Positions 13,381-25,390 of a stretch of DNA of 64,000 nt are shown in pieces. This DNA comes from Mobula hypostoma. Lineage: Eukaryota. Made by a program: the position numbers and the translations under genes. Positions within the stretch are counted from its first letter, which is position 1. Every line of letters starts with the position of its first letter. Below the pieces are notes generated by a model. That model was not told the DNA's origin and ran no database searches. It worked only from the letters and a program-made list of their open reading frames with translations. The stretch covers positions 56,732,001-56,796,000 of the forward strand of contig NC_086108.1 of assembly GCF_963921235.1 (NCBI RefSeq), written 5' to 3'.

Positions 13381-13711
13381 CCCTTGGTTGTAAGAAATAA
13401 AATAAAATAAATAATACATCAACAAATAAATACATACATTGCAGAAGTTAACTCTGAATGAGGAACAGAGACAAGATTACAGCTGATGATAGTCTCCAGG
13501 GTAATGGGATGAAAAATCATTCTTGCTGTACATAGGAAATGTATTTGATTGTCAATTGTCTTGTGGCTGATGATATTTCATTGAAGAAATAAACTTTAAA
13601 ATCATCCTCTACCCTCTTCAGGAGCCCAATACACTAGAAACATTCTTACATTCTTGTATCCACAGAACAAGGATAAAAAATCTAGATGTGTGTTTAACTA
13701 TACATATATGT
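13381..13711. repeat. 331-bp segment, arm 1 of an inverted duplication
   Basis: Near-identical reverse complement at 15563-15893. Confidence 0.95.
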
Positions 13712-13783
13712 ATTAATTCTAAGTTTCATTATTTAATTTTATTTCAACACGGAAAATAAATGAATAAAAATTGACTGTTGCAC

Positions 13784-14520
13784 TCAGTGTGATGACTGGA
13801 GCTGAATACTTTCTGCTAGTTCCCTGAAATTTGGCTCATAACTACAGACAGCCAGTTTGAGACAGTCTGTGAGGTGTCTGTCAGTAAGACAGCTCCTGTA
13901 CTTAGATTTAATAATTTTCATCTGTGAAAATGCAATTTCACACAGATAAGTTGACCCGAAGAGGGTACTGACTTTTAGTGCACATGTGGTGAGATGAGGA
14001 AACTTCTCCCTCCTGACAAGCTCCCAAAAGTCACCGTTCCTTGATCTTGCTTTAAGCTCGATGTCATTTTGCAAATCAGTCATTTCCATTTCAATATCAC
14101 TTGGCACACCAAATACTTGCTGGAATTTGGCTGCTATCTGTTCTATACGGATTGGCAGAAATGGGTTTGAAATAAATGCAACAATATCTTTCATAACGTT
14201 TAACTCCCCAAAACGCCAATCAAACTCTATTGCCAGATTGTCTAGGTAAGCACAGTACTGCTCAGGGCAAAAAGCGTTTTTTTTCCTTGATGGCCTATAA
14301 TAGTTTCTCCAAGTTGGGAAAGTGTGTCAGCCTCCCATTCTTTAAATTTGAAATCCAAACACCGAGCTTGGCCTTAAACACATTTTCTGCGCTTATCATG
14401 TGGGGTAGGTGTCGGTCTTTTCCCATGAGCTCGTTGTTAAGTGCGTTTAATTTAGCCATTAGCTGTCAGAAACCCTAAATCCAGTAGCCATGCATCACCT
14501 GACAGCTCCTTGTGCTCCTC
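13784..14520 (-). pseudogene. hAT transposase C-terminal remnant (GTF2IRD2/ZBED5-like family)
   Basis: 136-aa ORF plus a frameshifted upstream part; the N-terminus is missing. Confidence 0.8.
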
Positions 14521-15562
14521 GTTTCTTTATCTCAGGCAGCAAGTCAACAAACCGTTGCAGCACAGCACCCTCGCAAACCACCTGACAGACTGAATATTCA
14601 GTCTGTCAGGAGGTTTGTTAGACAGAATGTTGAATATGCCACGTTTTTCAGGTGTTTTGTATTGGTAAACTGTTACTGAAGCACTAGTATAAGTTTCAGG
14701 GGTACGCAAGCTAATAACACCACTGTTTTTTGTTTCCCAGTTCTTTTACATTTGGGGAATGTTGGAATTTAAAGGGGGAGAAGTGTTGTAATGTGAGCAT
14801 TATAAAGATAAGTTAATACCAATTAGGATAATGGTAATATAGCAATACTCCCGCTATGGAAAGCTGTTTGTAAACAGAGGTTGTTTCTGGGATTGCAGGG
14901 TTTTACTTCCGGTCTTTTCTGCGCATGTGTGTATAAGCCCCTCCGCCGCATTGCCATCCCAGATAAAGTTGCTCCTTTGGACATGAAGTTGTCGAGTGGT
15001 CCTTCTTCAAAGTAGAAGTTACTACATATGACTCACATATGCGCTTTAGGGGTAAAATTTGCTTTTGTATCAAAAGGTTTATCAGGCATAATGTATTTGT
15101 GTATATATTCTTCATTTATTTTCGGGATCTACTGGGAAAGTCTCAAAGATCGACCGGTCGATCACGATCAATTGGTTGGTAACCAGTAGTGCACGGAGTA
15201 CAGGGCAAGTTTTTTTACTAAGAGAGTGATTGGTGCCTGATTCAAGAAGGACTGGTGGAATAAGGAGTGGTGGAAGCAAATACAATAGTGATGTTGAAGA
15301 GACAGTTAGACACACACGCAAATACAAAGGGATATGGATCCTATATAGGCAGGAAAAAAATAGTTTAATCCAGCATCATGTTCAGTACAAACATAGTGGT
15401 CTGAAGGTCCTGTTTCTGCTGTCCTGAGCTACATACATGGTGAATGTATGTTGTGTGCTATTGGAATTATATGTGCTGTGTGACTGTTGGCAGCTTGTTT
15501 TGTACATTCATGCCAAATGAATGCTGGTTCATTTTGACTGTATTCACGTGTGTGGTTGAACA

Positions 15563-15893
15563 ACATATATGTATAGTTAAACGCACATCTAGATTTTTTA
15601 TCCTTGTTCTGTGGATACAAGAATGTAAGAATGTTTCTAGTGTATTGGGCTCCTGAAGAGGGTAGAGGATGATTTTAAAGTTTATTTCTTCAATGAAATA
15701 TCATCAGCCACAAGACAATTGACAATCAAATACATTTCCTATGTACAGCAAGAATGATTTTTCATCCCATTACCCTGGAGACTGTCATCAGCAGTAATCT
15801 TGTCTCTGTTCCTCATTCAGAGTTAACTTCTGCAATGTATGTATTTATTTGTTGATGTATTATTTATTTTATTTTATTTCTTACAACCAAGGG
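15563..15893. repeat. 331-bp segment, arm 2 of an inverted duplication
   Basis: Reverse complement of 13381-13711 with only a few substitutions. Confidence 0.95.
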
Positions 15894-16855
15894 AGTAAAA
15901 ATCTTTATGTTGCCCAAACACTAAAATTGTATACATAATTGTTTTGTATACATGTATGTACAGTCAGATACACAATCAGATCAATGTACAGTCAGACACA
16001 ATCAGATCAATGTACAGTCAGACACACAATCAGATCAATGTACAGTCAGATGCCCAATCAGATTGATGTACAATCAAATACGCAATCGGATCGACGTACA
16101 GTCAGATACGCAATTGGATTGATGTACAGTCAGTCAGACAATCGGATCAATGTACAGTCAGATATGCAATCAAATCAACGTGTATTGATAAATCTGGTGG
16201 CCTAGTGAAAAAAGCTGTCCTGGAGCCTGTTGGTCCTGGTCTTAATGCTATGGTTCCATTTGCCTGATGGAGCAGCTGAAAGAGTTTGTGGTTGGAGTGG
16301 CTGGAGTCCCTGATGATCCTCTGGGCCCTTTTTACGCTGCTGTAAATGTCCTGATTAGGGGAAAGCTCACATCCGTAGATGTGCTGGGCTGTCCGCACCA
16401 CTCTCTGCAGTGCCCTGTGGTTGAGGGTAATACAGGTCCTGTACCAGCCAGTGATACAGCCAGTCAGGATGTTCTCAGTGGTGCCCCTGTAGAAAGTCCT
16501 TAGGATTTGGGGACTCATGCCGAACCACTTCAGCCATCTGAGGTGAAAGAGGCGCTGTTGTGCTTCTTTCACCACACAGCCAGTATGTACAGTCCACGTG
16601 AGATCCTCGGTAATGTGTATACCGAGGACCTTGAATCTACTCACCCTCTCAACTACAGTCCCATTAGTGTCAATAGGGGCTAGTTTGTCTCCGTTCTTCC
16701 TGTACTCCTTCACTTTTTCGACACTGAGGGAGAGGTTGTTCTCTGGCATCACTGTACCATGGCATTGACTTCCCCTCTGTAGGCTGACTCATCATTGTTG
16801 GAAATAAGGCCTATCAATGTCGCGTCATCTGCAAATGTGATCAGCAGGTTGGAAC
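15894..16855 (-). mobile_element. Rex-Babar-type LINE 3' part
   Basis: ORF 16147-16752(-) has FKVLGIHITEDLTW and ILTGCITGWY; FADD is encoded at about 16820-16835(-). Confidence 0.85.
15956..16180. repeat. Minisatellite, about 8 units of 26-28 bp (atgtacagtcagatacacaatcagatca)
   Basis: Tandem units visible directly, in the 3' region of the adjacent minus-strand LINE. Confidence 0.85.
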
Positions 16856-17655
16856 TAGTCAGGAATCTAGAAGCCAATTTATATGGCTTCAATATGACTG
16901 ATGTTTAGTGACATCAGGCTTGGTGACTCATTCCATTGAAGTTGCTTTGGATCTTGGCCCAAGCACAGATTCCTATTTAACATGAGTAAGTTTCAACCAT
17001 GTGACGAGGCCTTGCATGCTTGAACAGCACGTCAAAGCAAAATAGTAAGTTGACAATTAAAGTGTGAAAATGTAAGCAAAGTAACAGAGGAGAGCTGTAC
17101 CTCTTAGGGCCGTATCCCTGTATGTCTGAAAACCAGAAGAGGAGGGGACAAGAACAGACGGTAAATAACAACATCCTCACAAATGAAACCTCCTCAACTA
17201 TACTTTAATTTCTGATTTTATGAGCAATACTTGTGTCAATATCTTGACAAGTAGACAAAAGAAGTCAAAACCATTATCACTGAGAAAAATAAAAAGGGAA
17301 TTAAAAGGAAGGAGAGCTCAAGTGTATTAAATAGTGATCTGTAGTCTAGACACTAGCTCAACTAGTTCAGAAAGTGAGCTAAAGAAGCAATAACCTTTAC
17401 TCCTCTTGCCTGTGTGCAGAGGAAGTCAATAATGACCAAATACAGGGGATTTAGTATGAGTATTCAAAAAATATTTTTAAGATTTTGGGTAAAAATTGCA
17501 CAATAGCGGGAGCTAGATTGGTTAAAAAGGTTCATTGTAGTCTTATACAGCAAATTCGGTCACAACATCCAGTTAATGGTGACTTAAAAAGTACAATTCC
17601 CTATGTTTCTATCAATGCTTTATATTTTTATAGAAATTATTTGTTTACCTTTTAG

Positions 17656-17746
17656 AATTAAAACAACATTGAAAGTGTTTTTGCCTGGCTGGGTTCATGA
17701 AGAATTTCCAGATGTGGAAAACAGCAAAGTGGCTAAAGGACTGGAG
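17656..17746 (+). CDS. IL23R: IL-23 receptor, juxtamembrane/Box1 exon (IKTTLKVFLPGWVHEEFPDVENSKVAKGLE)
   Basis: ttttag acceptor and GAG|gtaagt donor; 91 nt, phase 2 to 0. Resembles human IKRRILLLIPKWLYEDIPNMKNSNVVKMLQ. Confidence 0.92.
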
Positions 17747-18089
17747 GTAAGTATTAAGGGACAAATTTTCTTTGTATTTAATGTTAATATAGAACATTCC
17801 ATAACTGTTAAATGAATACTAAAACTAGTTTGTTCACGGAGGAGTTAATCTACTGTATGGAATATGATATATCAAGGAAAATAATACAGTACAAGCATAT
17901 AGAATTTCAGTACTAATTATATGACAATACTAGAAAATAATCCAGATATATTTTATTTTTGGCAGGAATCACCAGCACAAAACTTCTCTTGAATTTCTCC
18001 ACTACTAACTTAAAAAGTAATCACAAGTAACTTAAGAGTAATACATGATACTGAAAAACTGTAATGCTGCCTATCTTGTCATTGAACTC

Positions 18090-18750
18090 GAGAATTCATG
18101 CACAACTAGCACTGGCTGCTTGTTCCACACCCTCTGAGTGAAGAAGTTTCCTCTCACATTTCCCTTAAACATTTCACCTTTCACCCTTAACCTGTGACCT
18201 CTGGTTGTATTCCCACGCAACCTCAGTGGAAAAGCCTGCTTGCATTTACCCTATCTATGTCCTTCAGAATTTTGTACACCTCTATCAAATCTCCTCTCAA
18301 TTTTCTACGTTCCAGGGAATAAGTCCTAACCTATTCAATCTTTCCTTATAATCAGGTCCTCCAGACCTGGCACCATCTTTGTAAATTTTCTCTATACTCT
18401 TTTAATCTTATCTACATCTTTTCCTGCAGGTGGGTGGCCAAAACTGCATAAAATCATTATCATCCAGATCATTGATATAGATGACAACCAACAAGGGACC
18501 CAGCACTGATCCCTGCAGCACGCCACTAGTCACAGGCCTCCAGTCAGGGGGGCACCCATCTACTTCCACTGTCTGGCTTCTCCCACAAAGCCAATATCTA
18601 ATCCAATTTACAACCTCATCTTGAATACTGAGTGACTGAACCTTCTTGACCAATCTCCAAACAAGGAACTTTTTCAAATGCCTGGCTAAAATCTATACAG
18701 ACAACATCCACTGCCATGCCTTCATCAACTTTCCTGATAACTTCCACTAC
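18090..18750 (-). mobile_element. CR1 LINE fragment, internally deleted
   Basis: ORF 18408-18677(-) has [22 protein letters not shown]. Confidence 0.85.
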
Positions 18751-19514
18751 AGGAAACATTCTTTCCACGTCTGCTCTATCTAGTCAGAACAAGTCATGAC
18801 TACTGACCCTGATGTGTGCTCTCTGACCTATTCCCACTGACTCTATGATCCTTCACCCGACTCATCCAACACCACATTCCTTGGCCCCACAATACTCAAT
18901 CACCTCAGCATTTGATCACTAATTTCTTTAGTTCAGCTCAGCACTGTGGGCCAAAGAGCCTGTCCTGTGCTGTATTGCTCTATATTCTATCATTTCTCAT
19001 GCCTAACCATTTTTAATCCCTTTGTTTATTAATCTAATTTCTAAATGCTTATTGCTTCTGTGTTAACTTTCAGAATGCAGGTAATTTAACTCTGAGATGA
19101 ATGCTGCTAATTGCATTCAATTCTACTGAGATGAAAAACTCACATTTAGTACTTAGGAGTTTGCATTATCACCGTGTATAATATTTTCTGCATTAAAGTG
19201 TTTCTCATGAAATGCTTAATTTAGCAACTCAACGCAGGCAACCTTGGTCACCTCGTAATTATTCACACTTCCACAGAATGAGCAAATGATAAAGTCTTAG
19301 GGGAAAATGAAACTTGATGCTGCAAACAATAATTGAAAAATGCAACTTATTATGTTTATCTTCTCATTCCATCAAACAGCATGCTAAATAGTTGTGAAAA
19401 GAAACTGAACACAAATCATTTCTTTTCTACATTGTTGGTTAATTTAGACTTGTTTGTACTCCATCTATGACAAAAAATGTTCTCAAGACTCTACCGCAGT
19501 ATTGTGCAATTACT

Positions 19515-20498
19515 TAGTCATAGAGTAATAGAAAAGTACAGCAGAGAAATAGGCCCTTCAGCCCATCTAGTCTTTGCCAAACCATTTAAACTGCCTACTC
19601 CAATCAACCTGCACCCGGACTATAGCCCTCTATACCACTGTTGTCCATGTACCTATCCAAACTTCTCTTGGTGTTGAAATTGAGCTTGCATGCACCACTT
19701 GCGCTGGCAGCTAATTCCACACTCTCACAACCCTCTAAGTGAAGAAGTTTCCTCTCAATTTCAGCTTAAACTTTTCACCTTTCACCCTTAACCCATGACC
19801 TCTAGTTGTACTTCCACCCAATCTCAGTGGAAAAAGCCTGCTTGCAATTTACCCTATCTATAACCCTCATAATTTTGGATACATCTATCAAGTCTCCCCT
19901 CAATCTTCTATGATCCAAGGAATAAAGTCCTAACCTATTCAATCCTTTCTTACAACTCAGCTCCTCCACTCCAGGCAACATCCTTGTAAATTTTCTCTGT
20001 ACTCTTTCAACCTTATTTATTTCATTCCTGTAGGCTAGTGACCAAAACAGCACACAATATTCCAAATTAGGCCTCATCAACATCTAATACAACTTCAGCA
20101 TACCATCCTATCTCGTCTACTTTGATTTATGAAGGCCAATGTGCCAAAAACTTTCTTTATGACCCTATCTATTTGCAACACATCTTTCAATGGATTATGG
20201 ACCTGTATTCCCAAATCCTTTTGTTCTACCACACTCGTCAGTGCCCTGCAGAAAAACCTACCCTGGTTGGTTCTACAGAAGTGCAACACTTCGCACTTGT
20301 CTGCATTAAATTCCATCTGCCATTTTTTAGCCCATTTTTCCAACTGGTCCCGATCCCACTGCAAGCTTTGATAGTCTTCTTTACTGTCCACTGCACCCCA
20401 AACCTTGGTGCCACCTGCAAATTTGCTGATCCAGTTAACCACATTATCATCTAAATCATTGGTATATATGACAAATAACAACAGACCCAGCACCGATC
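19515..20498 (-). mobile_element. CR1 LINE 3' part
   Basis: ORFs carry SKFAGGTK...WQMEFNADKCEVLHF and RPNLEYC..FWS, followed by the 3' UTR. Confidence 0.88.
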
Positions 20499-20499
20499 T

Positions 20500-23400
20500 T
20501 AAGTGGGAGGGTGAGGGCCAGAGATCATGGTTCACGTCAGTACCAATGACATGGGTAGGACGACTGATGAGGTTTTGCAAAGTGAGTTCAGGTAGTTAAG
20601 TGCTAAGTTAAAGGACAGGACATCCAGGGTTGTGATCTTAGGATTGCTACCCATGCCACATGCTACAGAGGTGAGAAATAGGAAGAAGTACAGTTTAACG
20701 CGTGGCTAATGAGTTAGTGCAGGAGTGAGGGCTTCAGATTTTTTTATTATTGGGCTCTCTTCCACGGAAGGTGGTACCTGTACAAAAGGGATAGTTTGCA
20801 CTTTAACTGGAGGGGGACAAATACCCTAGCAGAAAGGTTTGCTGGTACTAAATGGGGTGTGGGTGGGGTTGGTATAAACTAGAGTTGCAGGGGTTGGGAA
20901 CCAGAGTGCCAGAACTGATAGTGGAGAGATTGTGGAGACAGATATTTTTAACACCCCAGACAAGGTCAGGAAGCGAAAGGTTGAGCGGGGGGCGGGGGGG
21001 GGATGGGGACTAATATTCTGAGTTGTGAATATTTCAATGCAAGAAGTATTGTAGGAAAGGCAGATGAGCTCAGAGCATGGATCAACACATAGAATTATGA
21101 TATTGTAGCCATTAGTGAGACTTGGTTGCAGGAGGGCAGGACTGGCTGCTCAGTATTTTGGGGTTCCGTTGTTTTAGATGTGATAAAGCAGGAGGGATTA
21201 AAGGGGGAGCTGTGGTGTTACTAGTCAGCAAAAATGCCATTGCAGTGCTCAGTCGGGACAGACTGAAGAAGTTGTCTAGTGAGGTTTTATGGATGGAAAT
21301 GAGGAGTGAGCAAGGTCTATATTATCAATGGCCCAACAGTCCGCTGGATTTAGAGAAACAAATTTGTAGAGAGATTGCAGACTGTTACAAAAAAACATAA
21401 GGTTGTTATAGTAGGTGATTTTAACTTTCCACATATTGTCTGGACTCCCATAATGTAAAAGAACAAGATGGGATAGAGATGGTCAAATGCATTCTGGAAA
21501 GTTACCTTAATCACAACATAGATGTCCCAACGAGAGAGAGTGTGCTACTAGATCAATTAGGGAATGAGACAGAAGTATGTGTAGGGGAACACTTTGTATC
21601 TGGTGATCATAATGCCACTAGTTTCAAGGTAATTATGGAAAAGGATAGGTCTGGTCCGTGAGTTGAAATTCTAACTTGGAGAAAGGACAATTTTGATGGT
21701 ATCAGAAAGGATCTGGCAAGTGAGGATTGGGACAAGTTGTTTTCTGGCAAAGGTGTACTTGGTAAGAGGAAGATCTTCAAAAGTAAAATTTTGAGAGTAC
21801 ACTGCTTGTATGTGTCTACCAGAGTAAAAGATAAAGATAAAAGGTTTAGCAGGCCTTAGTTTTTGAGATATTTTGAGGCCCTGGTTAAGAAAAAAAAAAG
21901 GATGTGCTTAGCAGGGGTAGGCAGGTTGGAACAAATGAGTATTTGAGGAGTATAAGAAATGTAAGGGAACACTTAAGATAGAAATCAGGATGGGTAAAAG
22001 AAGGCATGAGGTTCCTCAAGCAGACAAGGTGAAGGAGAATCCTAAGGGGTTCTACAGGTATGTTAAGAACAAAAGGATTGCAAGGGACAAAATTGGTCCT
22101 CTGGAAGATCAGAATGGTAATCTTATGTGTGGAGCCAAAGGAGATGGAGAACAACTTGAACGAATCAGGAGATGGACACGGAGTCTATAGAAGTGAGGCA
22201 GAACAACACCAACTTTGTGGACCCTATACAGATGACAGAGAAGGAATTGTTTGTTGTCTTGAGGCAAATTAGGGTGGACAAATCTCCAGGGCCTGACAAG
22301 GTGTTCCCTCGGACCCTGTGGGAGGCAAGTGCAGAAATTGCAGGGGCACTAGCAGAGATACTTAAATCACCTTTATCAACAGGGGAGGTTCCAGAATACT
22401 GGAGGATATCTAATATTGTTCTGCTATTTAAGAAAGGCTCTAAGAATAAATTAGTAAAAGATAGGCCAGTGAGCCTGACATCAGTAGTGATAAAGTTATT
22501 GGAAGGTATTCTAAGAGACGGGATATATGGGTACTTGAGATAAACTGAGAATGATTAAGGATAGACAGTATGGCTTTGTGTATGGTAAGTTATGTCTAAC
22601 CAATCTTGTAGAGTTGTTCAAGGAATTTGTCAGGGAAATTGATGAAGACAAGGCAGTAGATGTTGTCTACATGGACTTTAGCAAGGCATTTGACAAGATC
22701 CTGCATGGGAAGTTGGTCAAGAAGGTTCAGTCACTCAGCATTCAAGATGAGGTAGTAAATTGGATTAGACACTGGCTTTGCACGAGAAGCCAGAGAGTGG
22801 TAGTAGATGTTTGCCTCTCTGATTGGAGGCCTATGACTAGTGGAGTACTGCAGGATCGATTCTGGGTCCTTTGTTGTTTGTCATCTATATCAATGATCTG
22901 TGATTACGGAGTACCTGGAAGCACATGACAAGATAGGCCAAAGCCATCATGGTTTCCTGAAAGGTAAATCCAGCCTGACTGACCTACTGCAATTTTTTGA
23001 GGAAATTACAAGCAGGGTAGACCAAGAAAATGCAGTAGATGTGGTGTACTTGGATTTTCAGAAGGCCTTTGACAAGGTGCCACGCATGAGGCCCACAGGG
23101 GTCAGTTTTGGGACCACTGCTTTTTACGATGTATGTCAATGATTTGGACGATGGGATTAATGGATTTCTGGCTAAATTTGCCGATGATACAAAGATAGGT
23201 GGAGGAGCGGGTAGTATTGAGGAAACAGAGAGCCTGCAGAGAGACTTAGATAGTTTAGAGGAGTGGGCAAAGAAGTGGCAAATGAAATATAATGTTGGAA
23301 ATTGTATGGTCATGCACTTTGGTGGAAGAAATAAATGAGCAGACTATTATTTAGATGGGGAGAGAATTCAAAATGCAGAGATGCAAAGAGACTTGGGAGT

Positions 23401-25025
23401 CCTTGTGCAAGATACCCTAAAGGTTAACCTCCAGGTTGAGTCGGTGGTGCAGAAGGTGAATGCAATGTTGGCATTCATTTCTAGAGGTATAGAATATAAG
23501 AGCAGGGATGTGATGTTGAGGCTCTATAAGGCACTCGTGAGACCACACTTGGAGTATTACGTGCAATTTTAGGCTCCTTATTTTAGAAAGGATATGCTGA
23601 CATTGGAGAGTGTTCAGAGAAGATTCACAAGAATGATTCCCGGAATGAAACGGTTACCGTATGAGGAACATCTAGCAGCTCTTGGGCTGTATTCCCTGGA
23701 GTTCAGGAGAATGAGGGGGGATCTCATAGAAACATTCTGAATGTTAAAAGGCCTGAACAGATTAGATATGGCAAAGTTATTTCCATGGTAGGAGAGTCTA
23801 GGTCAAGATGGCATGACTTCAGGATAGAAGGACGTCTATTTAGAACAGAGATGCAGAGAAATTACTTTAGTCAGCAGGTGGTAAATCTGCGGAATTTTTT
23901 GCCACATGTGGCTGTGGAGGCCAAGTCATTGGATGCATTTAAGGAAGAGATCGATAGGTTCTTGATTAACCAGAGCTTCAAAGTGTATGGGGAGAAGGCA
24001 GGGGAGTGGGGATGACTGGAAGAATTGGATCAGCCCATGACTGAATGGCAGAGCAGACTCGATGGGCTGCATGTCTCCTATATCTTATCGTCTTATGTCT
24101 TATAATGTGGTTAATTGGATCAGCAAATCTGTGGATGATACCAAGACTGGAGGTGTAGTGGACAGCGAAGAAGACTACCAAAGCTTGCAGCAAGATCAGG
24201 ACAAGCTGGAAAAATGGGTTGAAAAATGGCAGATGGAATTTAATGCAGATAAGTGTGAGGTGTTGCACTTTGGCAGGACCAACCAGAGAAGTTCTTACAC
24301 ACTAAGCAGTTGGGCACTGAGGAGTGTGGTAAAATAACGGAGTCTGGGTATACTGATCCATAATTTGTTGAAAATGGTGTCACAAGTACACAGGGTCCTA
24401 CTGAAAACTTTTGGTACATTGCCCTTCATAGATTAAAGTACAGGAGTTGGGATGTTATGTTGAAGTTGTACAAGATGTTGGTGAGGCCTAGTTTGGTGAA
24501 TTGTGTGCAGATTTGGTCATCAATCCACAGGAAATAAGATTAAAAGAGTACAAAGAAAATTTACAAGAATGTTGCCAGGACTGGAGGACCTGAATAATAA
24601 GGAAAGATTTAATACGTTAGAACTTTATTTCCTAGAGAAGTTGAGGGCAGATTTGGTAGAGGTATAGAAAACTATGAGAGATAGAGACAGGGTAAATGCA
24701 AGCAGGCTTTTTTTTCCACTGAGGTAGGGTGAGACTACAACTAGAGGTCATGGGTTAAGTGAGAAAGGTGAAATCTTTAATGGGAATGTCAGAGGAAACT
24801 TTTCAGTCAGAGGGTTGTGAGAGTGTGAATGAGCTGCCAGTGCAAGTGCTGGATGTGATTTCAATTTCAACACGTAAGGGAAGTTTACGTAGGCACGTGG
24901 ATGGCAGGTGTATGAAGGGCTATGGTCGAGGTGCAGGTCAAATTGTCTAGGCAATTTAAATGGTTCGGCATGAATGAGATGGGCCGATGGACCTGTTTCT
25001 GTGCTGTAGTTTTCTACAACTCTAT
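20500..25025 (+). mobile_element. Long decayed CR1 LINE (ORF1 esterase remnant, endonuclease, RT), interrupted by a second CR1
   Basis: HVSTND esterase-like block at about 20533; GDFNFP at about 21414; SGDHN; KSPGPD; YMDFSKAFDK. The RT resumes at about 24103 after the nested insert. Confidence 0.88.
22899..24102 (+). mobile_element. Nested CR1 of a second family, internally deleted
   Basis: YLDFQKAFDKVP is fused directly to PTGVSFG; KFADDTK and LVRPHLEY follow. It has its own 3' tail (tcttat repeats) and splits the host at INDL|DNVVNW. Confidence 0.85.
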
Positions 25026-25160
25026 GCCCTAATAAATGTTCCAATGTACTCATTAATTTTTATAGAATTAAGTGCTTCTCTGGGCAAAGACTTCTCTGTT
25101 TACATCATGACACAACAGATCTTAATCACTTACTTAGTAGAAAATTGGCAACTTTTAAAA

Positions 25161-25390
25161 CAACACACATCAAAGTTGCTGGTGAACGCAGCAGGCCAAG
25201 CAGCATCTGTAGGAAGAGGTGCAGTCGACGGTTCAGGCCGAGACCCTTCGTCAGGACTAACTGACGAAGGGTCTCGGCCTGAAACATCGACTGCACCTCT
25301 TCCTACAGATGCTGCTTGGCCTGCTGCGTTCACCAGCAACTTTGATGTGTGTTGCTTGAATTTCCAGTATCTGCAGAATTCCTGTTGTTT
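25161..25390. mobile_element. Penelope pLTR-derived hairpin mini-element
   Basis: 94-bp inverted arms (25161-25254 and 25261-25354) with a 6-nt loop. 13-bp TSD with one mismatch (25150-25162 and 25391-25403). Confidence 0.85.

Larger units (their letters stand above)
12630..15186 (-). mobile_element. hAT (Charlie/Buster/SPIN-like) DNA transposon with truncated transposase
   Basis: Left end CAGTGATTCTCAAC; degenerate right end gatcgaccggtcgatc...ggttggtaaccag. ORF 13784-14194(-) has the hAT C-terminal dimerisation motif LFGSTYLCEIAFSQMKIIKSKYRS.LTD.HL. Flanked by CR1 remnants. Confidence 0.8.

Noticed and set aside
13381..15893. The 331-bp inverted arms as TIRs of a transposon enclosing the hAT transposase
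   Set aside because: The arms lack hAT-like termini and a flanking TSD, and the real hAT ends are at 12630 and about 15186. Reported instead as a local inverted duplication.
15956..16180. Regularly spaced ~28-bp repeats resembling a CRISPR array
   Set aside because: The units are contiguous and degenerate with no unique spacers and no cas genes. It is a minisatellite in a LINE 3' region of a vertebrate intron.
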